A stretch of DNA of 64,000 bases from Chrysomallon squamiferum (lineage: Eukaryota > Animalia > Mollusca). Of the stretch, positions 37,314-52,425 are shown one piece after another. The DNA is taken from the NCBI GenBank assembly GCA_012295275.1, contig CM022675.1:434001-498000 (forward strand), in the 5' to 3' direction. The notes beneath the pieces are model-generated. The model made no database searches. It was not told the origin of the DNA and saw nothing but the letters and a program-made list of their open reading frames with translations. The position numbers were made by a program, and so were the translations under genes. Each line of letters opens with the position of its first letter. Position 1 is the first letter of the stretch.

Positions 37314-37470
37314 GTTGTTGTTGTTGTTGTTGTTATTATTATTTACCATTGCGTCATTATTATCATTAATATTCTCCTACTTTATCTTCTTCTTTTTCTT
37401 CTTCTTCTGTTTTCCTCTTCTTTATTTTTTTCTTTTATATTCTTACGTTGCGATTAACATGTTAGTATTA

Positions 37471-37545
37471 AAGTGGTACCTCGACTTACGAGTGTCCTAA
37501 CTTATGAGGTTTTCGAGGTACTAGCTGTCGCCCGGTAGATTTTTT
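37471..37545 (+). mobile_element. Isolated Tigger left end
   Basis: AGTGGTACCTCGACTTACGAGTGTCCTAACTTATGAG matches the TIR and subterminal part of the 11896 element. Confidence 0.8.
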
Positions 37546-37630
37546 TTTTACTTTTAATATTACATTGATTAATATGATCTCTAGTTACTGATATTTGTTA
37601 GAGAAAGAAAGATATAAACTGATGTAAAAA

Positions 37631-37684
<54 letters not shown>

Positions 37685-37827
37685 ATTACTACTACTTCTA
37701 TTACAAATAACAAAGGGGAAAAAATGTCAATTTGAACTCTATAACTGACTAACGAAAATCTTTGTCTGTTCTGGGTCCTGGCTAGAAAATGAGTGAGACA
37801 CAAAAGATGAGTAATGTTGAGGATCAA

Positions 37828-37895
37828 TGACGTCAATCACCTGACGTCAAACGACAGTGTGGGTCTAAAACACATGTGAGGTCAGATGTAGGTCA
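37828..37895 (+). promoter_or_regulatory. Putative enhancer module: 2x CRE (TGACGTCA), E-box, perfect DR5 (AGGTCA-N5-AGGTCA)
   Basis: CREs at 37828 and 37842, CACATG at 37871, AGGTCA at 37879 and 37890; repeated at 43221-43288, 49487-49556 (degenerate), 54749-54816, 60453-60520. Motif match only. Confidence 0.4.
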
Positions 37896-38970
37896 GATTA
37901 CACCGCAATGCGAGAAGCACACACACTAAGTCAGGTTATGTTGTCTCACAGATTATTTGTTTAGAAATAATATTTCAGATAAAGATACGGCATGGCTTCA
38001 TTCTTTTTAATCTTAAATTGAAAGACAAACGCTATCTCATCCTGAAATTTTAATTATCTTGACATTTGTATCTATTACATCAATACATTATTGACACCTG
38101 TCAGAAACACAGAGGGTTTAGAGTTCTTCATAACAGTTTAATATGCGGTATAAACAAGCCTTTGTACAACAATCATGGGTTTTGTGTCTGCAGCACAGTA
38201 GGTAGTGTGAGTCAAACGTCTGATCATCAAAGATCAAGAGACGGTCACTTTAACAGCTTCCATTTGAAAACCTTCCTTCCCGTCTCACAGTGGTAAACAT
38301 GGTGAAAAGCTTTCATCTTGATTTTAGTAAAATTCATATTTCTGTTTATTTAGTCTCATCGTTTACCGTGTAATGAAATAAACCAACACTTTTTTGCTGG
38401 GCATTGCCTTTTGGCTCTTCACTATAGATACTAAAACATAAGCGCATACCAACACACACACAAACACACACACACATATACACACATATACATTTACACA
38501 TTCCTGATCCGTGTACCTGTGAGCAGCACAGTGTTCCACTGACGAAATGTTTTGTACTGACGAAACTCTAGCGTATGAGAACCGCATTCAACACAACCAG
38601 GACGTCCCATTTAAAAGATTCCTAACAGTCAGTCTCGCTTAGGTCATACAAACAGACAACTGTAATAAAATGTCAACATTAATGTATTTCCAGTATCATG
38701 AAAACATGTATAAAACTTCCATTTATTTTTCGAAATATTATATTATGTTAAAGATGACTTCAAATATACCAGTGTTTAGTACTTAATAAACTATACCATT
38801 ACACAGTATTTATTAAAATATACCAGCTTATAGTACTTACTGAATTATTCCAGGTATATTACTTACTAAAAAAATTAAAATCGGTACATTATTATCATAA
38901 AGAAGATATACGTAAACTTAATTACAATCATTATCGCCATAGTCATCATTATCTTTATCATTTTCATTTC

Positions 38971-39007
<37 letters not shown>

Positions 39008-40355
39008 GTTATTATTATTATTAGATATTTTGTCACCTATCTTGATTGGTATATATACATATCTACAAAGTGAAATAAGGAGAGACACAAAAAGGACAAG
39101 AAAGGAATAAAATGAATCTGAGATTTTTACCGGTATAATAACTGTATATGTGTACGTTTCATATCATAATAACTGTATATGTGTAAACTCCACGACGTAA
39201 TGTTTTGTTGAGACGGGACAATAACTACACTTTAACAAACTGTTATATTTCCATACCTTTTTATAAATATTCTGTTTTCTGCATAGTGTCTTTTCTTTAC
39301 GCTGATGAGTACAGCACGCGCACGCACACACACACACATACAGTATACCAATGTACTCTTAGTGTTTGGTAATTTGCGAAAGACAACTATTCTACACTAA
39401 AATCTTATTTCGTAGCTCATATAAAACATTTTTTTGCTTTGTTTTATGTTTTGTTCTGGGCTGTCCGGTTTCAATTCAGAGATCATGTTCTAATAGGCTA
39501 GTACTTTCTTTAACGTTGTGCGATTGCGCAGTGCGGTCAGTGACAAAACTGAGTTACCTGCCAAAAGTCGCAGACACCACAGAGGGAATCACACAAATAC
39601 TTAGATGAGTTTACTGTTTAAATAACAATTTCACCCTTTTTTGTCGCATAATAACTGTGTATGTGTATGTCTTTTATCACAATAACTTTATACCAATGTT
39701 CTCTCAGAGTTTGATCATTTGTGAGGACAACAATTCTACGCTAACAGCTTATTTCGTAACGCATATAAAACATTCTTAAAAAATCTTTTATTCTTGGCCA
39801 TTAGGTTTCAGTTCAGAGATCATGTTCTTGTCATGAATACGAATTACAAAGACGTGGTTATAAAGAAACGAAGTTGCTATTATTATCGACTAATTTAGCA
39901 TTTAATCACGTAACTAAAACGTTTTGATTTTAATCTGCATAAATGTCTCCTTGCACGAAGTAATACTGAGAAGCCCATGCATGTACCCGTTTCGCATAAA
40001 TGGAAATTTAATACGTCCTTTAATATCTGCTAGTACCTGTTTTAACGTTGTGCGATTGCGCAGTACGGCCAGTGAACAAAACTGAGTTACCTGCCAAAAC
40101 TCGCAGACACCACAGAGGGAATCACAAAAAATACTAAGCTCAGTTTAATATTTAAAAAATAAATCCTCCATTTCTTAGCTCTTGTTCAAGAGTTTATAAA
40201 AATACTAAAACTGATTTCATGAAAACGTGAAGATTGTTTCTCGTTTCTTTTTCAGAATTTTTTTTCCGTTATTGTGAAGTGAAACTATTAGTCAGTTTAC
40301 ATATATCGGTGGTAAGACACACACATTTAAGGGTTTCGTTACGGAAAGACAAACC

Positions 40356-40463
40356 ATGTTCATGGAAGAAATATTTCCTAGTGACTTGACAGAGTTGGGA
40401 CATCTAACTCAAAAAACTGTGTTACAAGTGGTGAAAGAAAGATATGAAGAAGACAAAATATAC
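40356..40463 (+). pseudogene. Copy of myosin-CHS exon 1 (unit 1), weakened donor
   Basis: [36 protein letters not shown] followed by gttatt. Confidence 0.88.
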
Positions 40464-40509
40464 GTTATTAATTTTACATTTTTTTATATTTACATCTACA
40501 CATACCTAC

Positions 40510-40559
<50 letters not shown>

Positions 40560-40896
40560 GAATGGAAATGACGAAGACAAAGAACGCCATGCTTCGTGAG
40601 AAGCGATGATTATTCTCACTTATTGAGCTGACGGGTTTGTTAGGTCGTGATTGGACTCTGTCCTCCTGCACCAGTGAGTTCCCCAATATTGTCTATGTGC
40701 AGAGTCTATTCAAAAGTACATAAGACAGAGAATATTCAAAATCCTAAACTACATACACACACACACACACACACACCTACGGATGTACATACATTCAGAC
40801 ATTCATGCATAAGTAAATACATATATACATACATACATATATATATATATATATCTATATATGTACCGTTCAGTCATACATATTTATACATAATTC

Positions 40897-41390
40897 CTTT
40901 GAGTTGCGAGCCAGAATCCGAGTTACGAGCGAGCTTCAGATGACCGCCGCTGATTGGCGCAATGAACAACATCCCGAGTCTCACTCGTTTACTTCACGTG
41001 ATTACCTCGTCGCAAAATAGTCTCTCTTGTGTTGTGCTCGCGTTTTTTTTACTATTTTGCGAAATTTCTACTTTGTGGCCATGGACCTAAGACAGTGAAT
41101 GCAAAGGACAGTGGTAAGAAGACAAAGCGGATGATGTCCCAATCGAAGCATGAAATCATATAAAAATATGACAGAGATGTGCCTGTAGTCAGCATGACCA
41201 GGCAGTACGAGCGCAGTACTTTTACGATATGTACCATACTGACACAGAAGGAGTAGATAAAGGCTATAACTCCAGCCAAAGCCTTTAAAATAATTTGTCT
41301 GATCTCATGGCTTACTAGGATTATGGTTGGAAAGGATTAATGGTATTTCAATTAATTTCAGTTGGTAAAACTGGTTTGATATACGAGCAA
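40897..41390 (+). mobile_element. Tigger fragment carried in array unit (also ~46830-47322, 51400-51742, 58447-58936)
   Basis: CTTTGAGTTGCGAGCCAG...GCCATGGACCTAAG...GCAGTACGAGCG...GGATTAATGG; homologous to 28295-28690. Confidence 0.85.
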
Positions 41391-42997
41391 ATCTATCTAT
41401 CTATATATATATTTGATATACGAGCAAATATATATATATATGTATACCGACCTACATGCGTCCGTACACATGTTCATATTTAAATTTGGCTAATTTGTTA
41501 CAGTTATGATTATGAAATCATGTTTCGGTATACCTACATAGGAAATAAATAATTAAATAATTGGAAATATTTTGACTCTGTAATAAAATGTTGTTTTAAC
41601 TGAATTCTTTTTCTACTGTTCATTCATTTAAGCACTTGATTCGAAACATTCGAGATCTTAAATGTCTTTCATCTTATACACTGAACTCATTTCTTTTCCA
41701 CCCACTCAATAGAAATGTAAGCTACAATTTTTACAGCGAACTTTGAAAGAAAGAATAGAACAAACTTCAAACTAATTATTTTTATTGCGGTTTCGCCCGA
41801 TTTCTTTTAATTACCATAAGAAAAACATCTGTAATTCAAATTAAGAAATAAAATACACATAACACAGAAAACAAGTAAGATAAGAACGTGGCGTTCGCAG
41901 ATGCAAACGATTAAAAACTGCTGATCGATATCTTCATTATTATTATAATAATAATAATTATTATTATTATTATTGTTATTGTTATTGTTGTTGTTGTTGT
42001 TATTGTTATTGTTATTGTTGTTGTTGTTGTTGTTGTTGTTGCTGTTGTTGTTATTATTATTATTATGACAAACAATAAAATAAACAGAAAACCACTATCA
42101 TTAAACAAATGTAAATATAATTTATTTTTTAGCAAAAGACGACTAACATTCAGCCTCGATTAAGTAATTCCGTGTATTTGTTTCCTTTATATTTCCACAA
42201 ACGTGTATTAAAAAGAAAGGAAAAAGGAGTTGTATCAAATAACTGTTTTCGATCATTTTTACACTGTATGTATGTATGTACGTACAATGTTAAGAAAAGC
42301 AGAGGAAGGTTTCAATTGAATAGTTAGCCTTACACATGCGCTCTTGCACATTTTCGTTTCTTTTAATTAGAAAAACGAAAACAAAAATGAAAAGTTATAC
42401 AGATTCTAAAAAAAAAGAGAAAAGAAATAAAAAATAAAAAATAATGTAATTTTGTTACAATAATAATTACAACATCAGTCTTTGTAATAAATAGTTAAAT
42501 TGAGGCGAACGAGCTTCCTATGTGCAGAACCCAGTAACCAAGTACTGCTTTGTGGTTGTTTTTTTACACAATAAAATACACAAGAGAAACAATTTAGCCG
42601 TAACCTGAAAGCTCTAGATTGATGTACAAAGTATAGAAACGAGGTGGAAGAGCAACGTGTGATATCTATGCATATAAACATGGAATATGAGCTGTGGTTC
42701 AAACCGGATCAATCAGTTTCTTTTAAATTATGTGTGAAAAGGTTATTATATCTTTTACTATGATCTCTAGATATGGACATTTGTAAGAGAAAGAAAGATA
42801 GGAAACAATATAAAAAACAACAACAAAAAACCCCAGAGAAAAACTTGAATTCATACAAGTTACATTAAAAGAAAAAACAAACAAAACAAACAAACAAACA
42901 CAACCCAGAAAACATTTGTCCTAAAACCTGCAGAAACATATTACTAGTCTTGTTTGTTTGTTTTATTTGTTGTTTAACAACAACAAAAACAACTTAC

Positions 42998-43062
<65 letters not shown>

Positions 43063-44575
43063 TAATAATAATAATAATAATAATAATACTTCTACAACTA
43101 ATAATAAAGGGGAAAAACATATTAATTCAAGTGTAGAACTGACCACTGAAAATCTTGGTCTTGCTGGGTCCTGGCTAGAAAATGAGTGAGACACAAAAGA
43201 TGAGTAATGTTGAGGATCAATGACGTCAATCACCTGACGTCAAACGACAGTGTGGGTCTAAAACACATGTGAGGTCAGATGTAGGTCAGATTACACCGCA
43301 ATGCGAGAAGCACACACACTAAGTCAGGTTATGTTGTCTCACAGATTATTTGTTTGGAAATAATATTTCAGATAAAGATACGGCCTGGCTTTATTCTTTT
43401 TAATCTTAAATTGAAAGACAAACGCTATGTCATCCTGAAGTTTTAATTATCTTGAAATTTATATCTATTACATCAAGACACTATTGACACCTGTCAGAAA
43501 CACAGAGGGTATAGAGTTCTTCAGAACAGTTTAAGTATGCAGTATATAAACAATCCCAAGAACGAACATCACGATTTTTGTGTCTTCAGCACAGTAGGTA
43601 GAGTGAGTCAAACGTCTGAACATCAAAGATCAAGAGACGGTCACTTTAACAGCTTCCATTTGAAAACCTTCCTTCCCGTCTCATAGTGGTAAACATGGTG
43701 AAAAGCTTTCATCTTGATTTTAGTAAAATTCATATTTCTGCTTTTTTAGTGTGATCATTTACCGCGTAATGAAATAAACTTTGCTTTTCTTAGTGAAAGG
43801 AAAATATCTGCTGTTCATTGCTATTTGGCTCTTCAGTACAAAGCACTAATTTTCATTATTGTTTCACAATTATCAACATGAACACACACACACACAGACA
43901 CATATATGTCATGTGTGTGCATGTCATGTGAGACGTGTGTTAGCGTTAGTTTGCATTTATGTACAATATTAAGTATATTTATTTTTAGAAAAGAACATGA
44001 TTATATTCATAAAAGTGTCTTTCTCTTGGGCTACCACTTTACAACTGACGTAGTTTAAGAAGGCGTGCGTAAACTGGTTTCTTCCTGATCCGTGTACCAG
44101 TGAGCAGCACGGTGTTCCACTGACGAAATGTTTTCTAATGACGAAACTCCAGCGAGATGAGAAATGCTTTCAACACAAGCAGGATGTCCCATTTAAATGT
44201 TTCTACATCGTCAGTGTCGCATAACTAATTCAAACAGACAGCTGTAATAAAATGAAAACATTATGTATTTCCAAAATTATGAAAACATATATAAAATCTC
44301 TATTTATTTTTCGAAATATTATATTATGTTTAAGATGAATTAAAATATACCAGTGTATAGTACCTAATAAAATATACCAGTATCTAGCACGTACTAAAAT
44401 ATACCAGTGCATACTTCTTACTAAAACAAATTAAATCAGTATATCATTATCAAAAAGAAGATACACCTAAACTTAATAATGATCATTATCTCCATCGTCA
44501 TCAGTATCTTTATCATTTTCATTATTATTATGATTATTATTATAATTGCTATTATTATTATTATTATTATTTTTA

Positions 44576-44624
<49 letters not shown>

Positions 44625-44774
44625 ACATATTTTGTTACCTTTATTGATTGGCATATATGCATGTGTACAAAGTAAAATAACGAGTTACACAGAAATGACA
44701 AAAAGCGAATAAAACGAATCTGAGATTTTTACCGGGAATGGGATCAAGAAGTAAGTGAAACCAGTTGCATAATA

Positions 44775-45155
44775 ACTCTCTATGTGTATGTCTCATATCA
44801 TTACAACTGTGTACGTGTAAGTTTCATATCATTACAACTGTATATGTGCATGTTTCATATCATTAGAACTGTGTATGTGTGTGTTTGATATCATTAGAAC
44901 TGTGTATGTGTGTGTTTGATACCATTAGAACTGTATATGTGTATGTTTGATATCATTATAACTGTATATGCGTATGTTTCATATCATTATAACTGTATAT
45001 GTGTATGTTTCATATCATTATAACTGACTATGTGTATGTTACATATCATTATAACTGCATCTGTGTATGTTTCAAATCATTATAACTGTCTATGTGTGTT
45101 TCATATCATTATAACTGTATCTGTGTATGTTTCATATCATTAGAACTGTATATGT
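44775..45155. repeat. 31-bp minisatellite (~12 copies; ~10 at 56330-56650, ~4 at 50880-51020)
   Basis: Unit TATGTGTATGTTTCATATCATTATAACTGTA; TTTCATATC at 44977 and 45008. Confidence 0.9.
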
Positions 45156-46332
45156 GTAAATTTCTTATCATAACTCCACAACGTAATGTTTTGCTGAGAC
45201 GGGACAATAACTACACTTTAACAAACTGTTATATTTCCATACCTTTTTATAAATATTCTGTTTTCTGCATAGTGTCTTTTCTTTACGCTAATGAGTACAG
45301 CATGCGCACGCACACACACACACACACATACAATGTACTCTTAGCGTTTGGTAATTTGTGAAAGACAACTATTCTACACTAAAATCTTATTTCGTAGCAC
45401 ATATAAAACATTTTTTTGCTTTGTTTTATGTTTTGTTCTGGGCTGTCCGGTTTCAATTCAGAGATCATGTTCTAATAGGCTAGTACTTTCAGTACATTGC
45501 GCAGTACGGTCAGTGACAAAACTGAGTTACCTGCCAAAAGTCGCAGACACTACAGAGGAAATCACAGAAACATACTTAGATAAGTTTACTGTTTAAATAA
45601 CAATTTCACCCTTTTTTGTCGCATAATAACTGTGTATGTGTATCTTTTTTTTTTTTATTATAGTAACTGTAGACCAATGTTCTCTCAGAGTTTGATCATT
45701 AGTGAGGGACAACAATTCTCAGCTAAAAGCTTATTTCGTAACGCATATAAAAATATTCTTAAAAAATCTTTTATTCTTGGCCATTTGGTTTCAGTTCAGA
45801 GATCATGTTCTTGTCATGAATACGAATTACAAAGACGTGGTTACAAAGAAATCAAGTTGCTATTATTACCGAATAATTTAGCATTTAATCATGTAATTAA
45901 CACATTTTGATTTTAATCTGCAAACACTCTCTGGGCACGGTGTAAACTGAGAAGCCCATGCATGTACCGGTTTCGCATATATGGAAATTTAATACGTCCT
46001 TTATTATTTGCTAGTACCTGTTGTAACCTTGTGCGATTGCGCAGTACGGCCAGTGAACAAAACTGAGTTACCTGCCAAAAGTCGCAGACACCACAGAGTG
46101 AATCACAGAAAACACTCAGCTCAGTTTACTATTTAAGAATCAATTTCACCCTTTTTTTCAGCGCTTGTTCAAGAATTTATATAAAAAAAAATATAGTAAA
46201 ATGGATTTAAAGAGGGTGTGAAGATTGTTTCTCGTTTCTTTTTCCGAAATAATTTTTCCGTTATTGTGAAGTGAAACTATTAGTCAGTTTAGATATATCG
46301 ATGGTAAGACACACACATTTAAGTGTTTCCTT

Positions 46333-46455
46333 ATGGAAAAACGAACACACTTAATGGAAGAAACACTTCCTAGTGACTTGGCAGAGTTGGGACATCTAAC
46401 TCAAGAAACTGTGTTACAAGTGGTGAAAAAAAGATATGAAGAAGACAAAATATAC
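46333..46455 (+). pseudogene. Copy of myosin-CHS exon 1 (unit 2), open frame and intact donor
   Basis: MEKRTHLMEETLPSDLAELGHLTQETVLQVVKKRYEEDKIY then gtaagt. Confidence 0.88.
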
Positions 46456-46501
46456 GTAAGTAATTTTACATTTTTTTATATTTACATCTACACATACCTA
46501 C

Positions 46502-46559
<58 letters not shown>

Positions 46560-48144
46560 GAATGGAAATGACGAAGACAAAGAACGCCATGCTTCGTGAG
46601 AAGCGATGATTATCCTCACTTATTGAGCTGACGGGTTTGTTAGGTCGTGATTGGACTCTGTCCTCCTGCACACGTGCCTTCCCCAATATTGTCTATGTGC
46701 AGTCTATTCAGACGTACATAAGACAGAGAATATTCAAAATGCTAAACATATATATATATATATATATGTACCATTCATTCATACATAGATTCATCCATCC
46801 ATCCATCCATCCATATTTATACATAATTGCTTTGAGTTGCGAGCCAGAATCCGAGTTACGAGCGAGCTTCAGATGACCGCCGCTGATTGGCGCAATGAAC
46901 AACATCCCGAGTCTCACTCGTTTACTTCACGTGATTACCTCGTCGCAAAATAGTCTCTGTTGTGTTGTGCTCGCGTTTTTTTTACTATTTTGCGAAATTT
47001 CTACTTTGTGGCCATGGACCTAAGAAAGTGAATGCAAAGGACAGTGGTAAGAAGAAAAAGCGGATGATGTCCCAATCGAAGCATGAAATCATATAAAAAT
47101 ATGACAGAGATGTGCCTGTAGTCAGCATGACCAGGCAGTACGAGCGCAGTACTTTTACGATATGTACCATACTGACACAGAAGGAGTAGATAAAGGCTAT
47201 AACTCTAGCCAAAGCCTTTAAAATAATTTGTCTGATCTCATGGCTTATTAGGATTATGGTTGGAACGGATTAATGGTATTTCAATTAATTTCAGTTGGTA
47301 AAACTGGTTTGATATACGAGCAAATCTATCTATCTATATATATATTTGATATACGAGCAAATATATATATATATGTATACCGACCTACATGCGTCCGTAC
47401 ACATGTTCATATTTAAATTTGGCAAATTTGTTACAGTTATGATTATGAAATCATGTTTCGGTATACCTACATAGGAAATAAATAATTAAATAATTGGAAA
47501 TATTTTGACTCTGTAATAAACTGTTGTTTTAACTGAATTCTTTTTCTACTGTTCATTCATTTAAGCAGTTGATTCGAAACATTCGAGATCTTAAATGTCT
47601 TTCTTCTTATACACTCATTTCTTTTCCACCCACTCAATAGAAATGTAAGCTACAATTTTACAACGAACTTTGAAAGAAAGAATAGAACAAACTTCAAACT
47701 AATTATTTTTATTGCGGTTTCGCCCGATTTCTTTTAATTACCATAAGAAAAACATCTGTAATTCAAATTTAAAATTAAAATATTTATAAACACAGAAAAC
47801 AAGTAAGATAAGAACGTGGCGTTTGCAGATGCAAACGATTAAAAACTGCTGATCGATATCTTCATTATTATTATAATTATTATTATTATTATTATTGTTA
47901 TTGTTATTGTTGTTGTTGTTGTTACTGTTGTTGTTATTATTATTATGAGAAACAATAAAATAAACAGAAAACCACTATCATTAAACAAATGTAAATATAA
48001 TTTACTTCTTAGCAAAAGACGACTAACATTCAGTCTCGATTAAGTAATTCCGTGTATTTGCCTATTTTATTTTTCCACAAACGTGTATTAAAAAGAAAGG
48101 AAAAAGGAGTTGTATCAAATAACTGTTTTCGCTGATGTTTACAC

Positions 48145-48147
<3 letters not shown>

Positions 48148-48176
<29 letters not shown>

Positions 48177-48525
48177 TGTATGTATGTATGTTTGTATGTA
48201 TGTATGTATGTTTGTGTGTATGTTTGTATGTTTGTATGTTTGTATGTATGTATGTATGTACGTATGTTTGTATGTTTGTATGTTTGTATGTATGTATGTT
48301 TGTGTGTATGTTTGTATGTTTGTATGTTTGTATGTATGTATGTATGTACGTATGTATGTATGGCTGTATGTATGTATGTTTGTATGTATGGCTGTATGTA
48401 TGTATGTATGTATGTATGTATGTATGTATGTTTGTATGTATGTATATATTTATGTATGTACGTATGGCTGTATGTATGTATGTATGTATGTATGGCTGTA
48501 TGTATGTATGTATGTATGTATGTAC
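48148..48525. repeat. (TATG)n expanded microsatellite
   Basis: TATG/TTTG tetramers. Confidence 0.95.
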
Positions 48526-49228
48526 AATGTTAAGAAAAGCAGAGGTGACTTTTAATTGAATAGTTAGACTTACACATGGGCTCCCGCACATTTTCGTTAG
48601 TTTTAATAAAAAAAACGAAAACAAAATTGAAAAGTCATACAGATTCTAAAAAAAAAGAGAAAAGAAATAAAAAAGAAAGTAATAAAAAATAAAAAATAAT
48701 GTAATTTTGTTACATTAATAATTACAGCATCAGTCTTTGTAATAAATAGTTAAAGTGAGGCGAACGTACTTCGTATGTGCACAACACAGTAACCAAGCAC
48801 TGCTTTGTGGTTGGATTTTTACACAATAAAATACACAAGAGAAAGAATTTAGCCGTAACCTCAAAGATCTAGATTTATGTACAAAGTATAGAAACGAGGT
48901 GGAAGAGCAACGTGTGATATCTATGCATAAAAACATGGAATATGAGCTGTGGTTCAAACCGGATAAATCAGTTTCTTTTAAATTATGTGTGAAAAGGTTA
49001 TTATATTTTTTACTATGATCTCTAGAGATGGACATTTGTAAGAGAAAGAAAGATAGGAACCAATATAAAAAAAATAAAAATTAAAAAAGAGAGAAAAACT
49101 TGAATTCATACAAGTTACATTAAAAGAAAATAAACAAAACAAACAAACAAAAACAACCCAGAAAACATTTGTGCTAAAACCTGCAGAAACATATTACTAG
49201 TCTTGTTTGTTTGTTTTATTTGTTGTTT

Positions 49229-49339
<111 letters not shown>

Positions 49340-50677
49340 ATTACTACTACTTCTATTACAAATAATAAAGGGGGTAAATGTCAATTTTAATTTGAAGTCT
49401 AGAACTGACAAATGAAAATCTTGGTCTTGCTGGGTCCTGGCTAGAAAATGATTGAGACACAAAAGATGAATAATGTTGAGGATCAATGAGGTCAACCACC
49501 AATGACGTCAAACGAGAGTGTGGGTCTAAAACACATGTGAAGTCAGATTTAGGTCAGATTACACCGCAATGCGAGAAGCACACACACTAATTCAGGTTAT
49601 GTTGTATCATAGATTATTTCTTTAGAAATAATATTTCAATGAAAGATACGGCCTGGCTTTATTCTTTTTAATCTTAAATTGAAAGAGAAACGCTATGTCA
49701 TCCTGAAGATTTAATTATCTTGAAATTTGTATCTATTACATCAGTACATTATTGACACCTGTCAGAAACACAGAGGTTATAGAGTTCTTCATAACAGTTT
49801 AAGTATGCAGTATATAAACAATACCTTGCACGAACATCACGAGTTTTGTGTCTTCAGCACAGTAGGTAGAGTGAGTCAAACGTCTGAAGAGACGGTCACT
49901 TTATTAGCTTCCATTTGAAAACTTTCCTTCCCGTCTCACAATAGCAGTAGTAAACATGGTGAAAAGCTTTCATCTTAGGTTTCGTAAAATTGATATTTCT
50001 GTTTATTTAGTCTCATCGTTTACTGTGTAATGAAATAAACTGTGATTTTTTGGTGAAAGGAACCTTTCTGCTGTGCATTGCCTTCTGGCTCTTCAATATA
50101 AATACTAAAACATAAACACACAAACGCATACCAACACACACACATACACACACACACATACACACATATACATTTACACATTCCTGATCCGTGTACCTGT
50201 GAGCAGCACAGTGTTCCACTGAAGAAATCTTTTGTACTGACGAAACTCTAGCGAGATGAGAAGTGCATTCAACACAAGCAGGACGTCCCATTTAAATGTT
50301 TCCGAACAGTCAATCTCGCTTGGTCATACAAACAGACAACTGTAATAAAATGTAAAGATTAATGTATTTCCAGTATCATGAAAACATGTATAAAACTTCC
50401 ATTTATTTTTCGAAATATTATATTATGTTAAAGATGACTTCAAATATACCAGTGTATAGTACTTACTAAAATATACAAGTGTATAGTACTTACTAAAATA
50501 TACTAGTGTATAGTACTTACTAAAATATATCAGTGTATAGTACTTACTAAAATATACCAGAGTATAGTACTTACTAAAAAATTTAAATCAGTACATTATT
50601 ATCATAAAGAAGATACACGAAAATTTAATTACAATCATTATAGCCATAGTCATCATTATCTTTATCATTTTCATTTC

Positions 50678-50737
<60 letters not shown>

Positions 50738-52425
50738 ATATTTTGTCACCTATCTTGATTGGTATATATACATATCTGCAAAGTGAAATAAAGACACAAA
50801 AAGGACTAGAAAGGAATAAAATTAATCTGAGATTTTTACCGGGGATGGTATCAAAAAGTAAGTGAAACCAGTTTGCATAATAACTGTATATGTGTATGTT
50901 TCATATCATTATTACTGTATATATGTATGTTTTATATCATAATAACTGTCTATGTGTGTTTCATATCATTATAACTGTATCTGTGTATGTTTCATATCAT
51001 TAGAACTGTATATGTGTAAATTTCTTATCATAACTCCACGACGTAATGTTTTGTTGAGACGGGACAATAACTACACTTTAACAAACTGTTATATTTCCAT
51101 ACCTTTTTATAAATATTCTCTTTTCTGCATAGTGTCTTCTTCTTTTCGCTAATGAGTACAGCACGCGCACGCACACACACACACATACAGTATACCAATG
51201 TACTCTTAGTGTTTGGTAATTTGCGAAAGACAACTATTCTACGCTAACAGCTTATTTCGTAACGCATATAAAACATTCTTAAAAAATCTTTTATTCTTGG
51301 CCATTTGGTTTCAATTCAGAGATCATGTTCTTGTCATGAATACGAATTACAAAGACGTTGTTACAAAGAAATCAAGTTGCTATAATTATCGAGTAAGTTA
51401 ATTTGCGAAATTTCTACTTTGTGGCCATGGACCTAAGAAAGTGAATGCAAAGGACAGTTTTGAGAAGAAGAATTGGATGATATCATTGGATGATATCGAA
51501 ACATGAAATCATAGAAAAATATGACAGAGATGTGCCTGCAGTCAGTATGACTAGGCAGTACGAGCGCAGTACTTTTACGATATGTACCATACTGACACAG
51601 AAGGAGTAGATAAAGGCTATAACTGTAGCCAAAGGCTTTAAAATAATTTGTCTGATCTCATGGCTTATTAGGATTATGGTTGGAACGGATTAATGGTATT
51701 TCAATTAATTTCAGTTGGTAAAACTGGTTTGATGTACGAGCAAATCTATCTATCTATATATATATTTGATATACGAGCAAATATATATATATATGTATAC
51801 CGACCTACATGCGTCCGTACACATGTTCATATTTAAATTTGGCAAATTTGTTACAGTTATGATTATGAAATCATGTTTCGGTATACCTACATAGGAAATA
51901 AATAATTAAATAGTTGGAAATATTTTGACTATGTAATAAACTGTTACACACACACGCCTATACCTGTCTATCTGCCTACCTACATGCGTACGTATTCATG
52001 TCAGTATTTAAATTTCGTTAATTTATGATAGTTATGTAATGATTTTTTCGGTATACATACATAGGATATAAATAAATAAATAAAAGTAAACCAAACTTTA
52101 GTCTCTACAACAAACTTGTTTTAACTGAAAGATTTTTCTACTGTTCATATATTTAAGCAGTTGATTCCAAACATTTGAGATCTTAAATGTCTTTCTTCTT
52201 ATACACTGAACTCATTTCTTTTGCACCAACTCAATAGAAATGTAAGCTACAATTTTACAACGAACTTTGAAAGAAAGAATAGAACAAACTTCAAACTAAT
52301 TATTTTTATTGCGGTTTCGCCCGATTTCTTTTAATTACCATAAGAAAAACATCTGTAATTCAAATTAAGAAGTAAAATATTTATAAACACAGAAAACAAG
52401 TAAGATAAGAACGTGGCGTTTGCAG

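Noticed and set aside
44119-44170. Hammerhead ribozyme suggested by CTGACGA...GAAA in each cassette
   Set aside because: No convincing stem II, and the NUH cleavage triplet after the putative stem III is missing.
48110-48624. MYVC/HTYI-repeat ORFs (also 53347-53928) and poly-I, poly-N, SL/RE ORFs elsewhere
   Set aside because: Translations of TATG, AAT and CT microsatellites.
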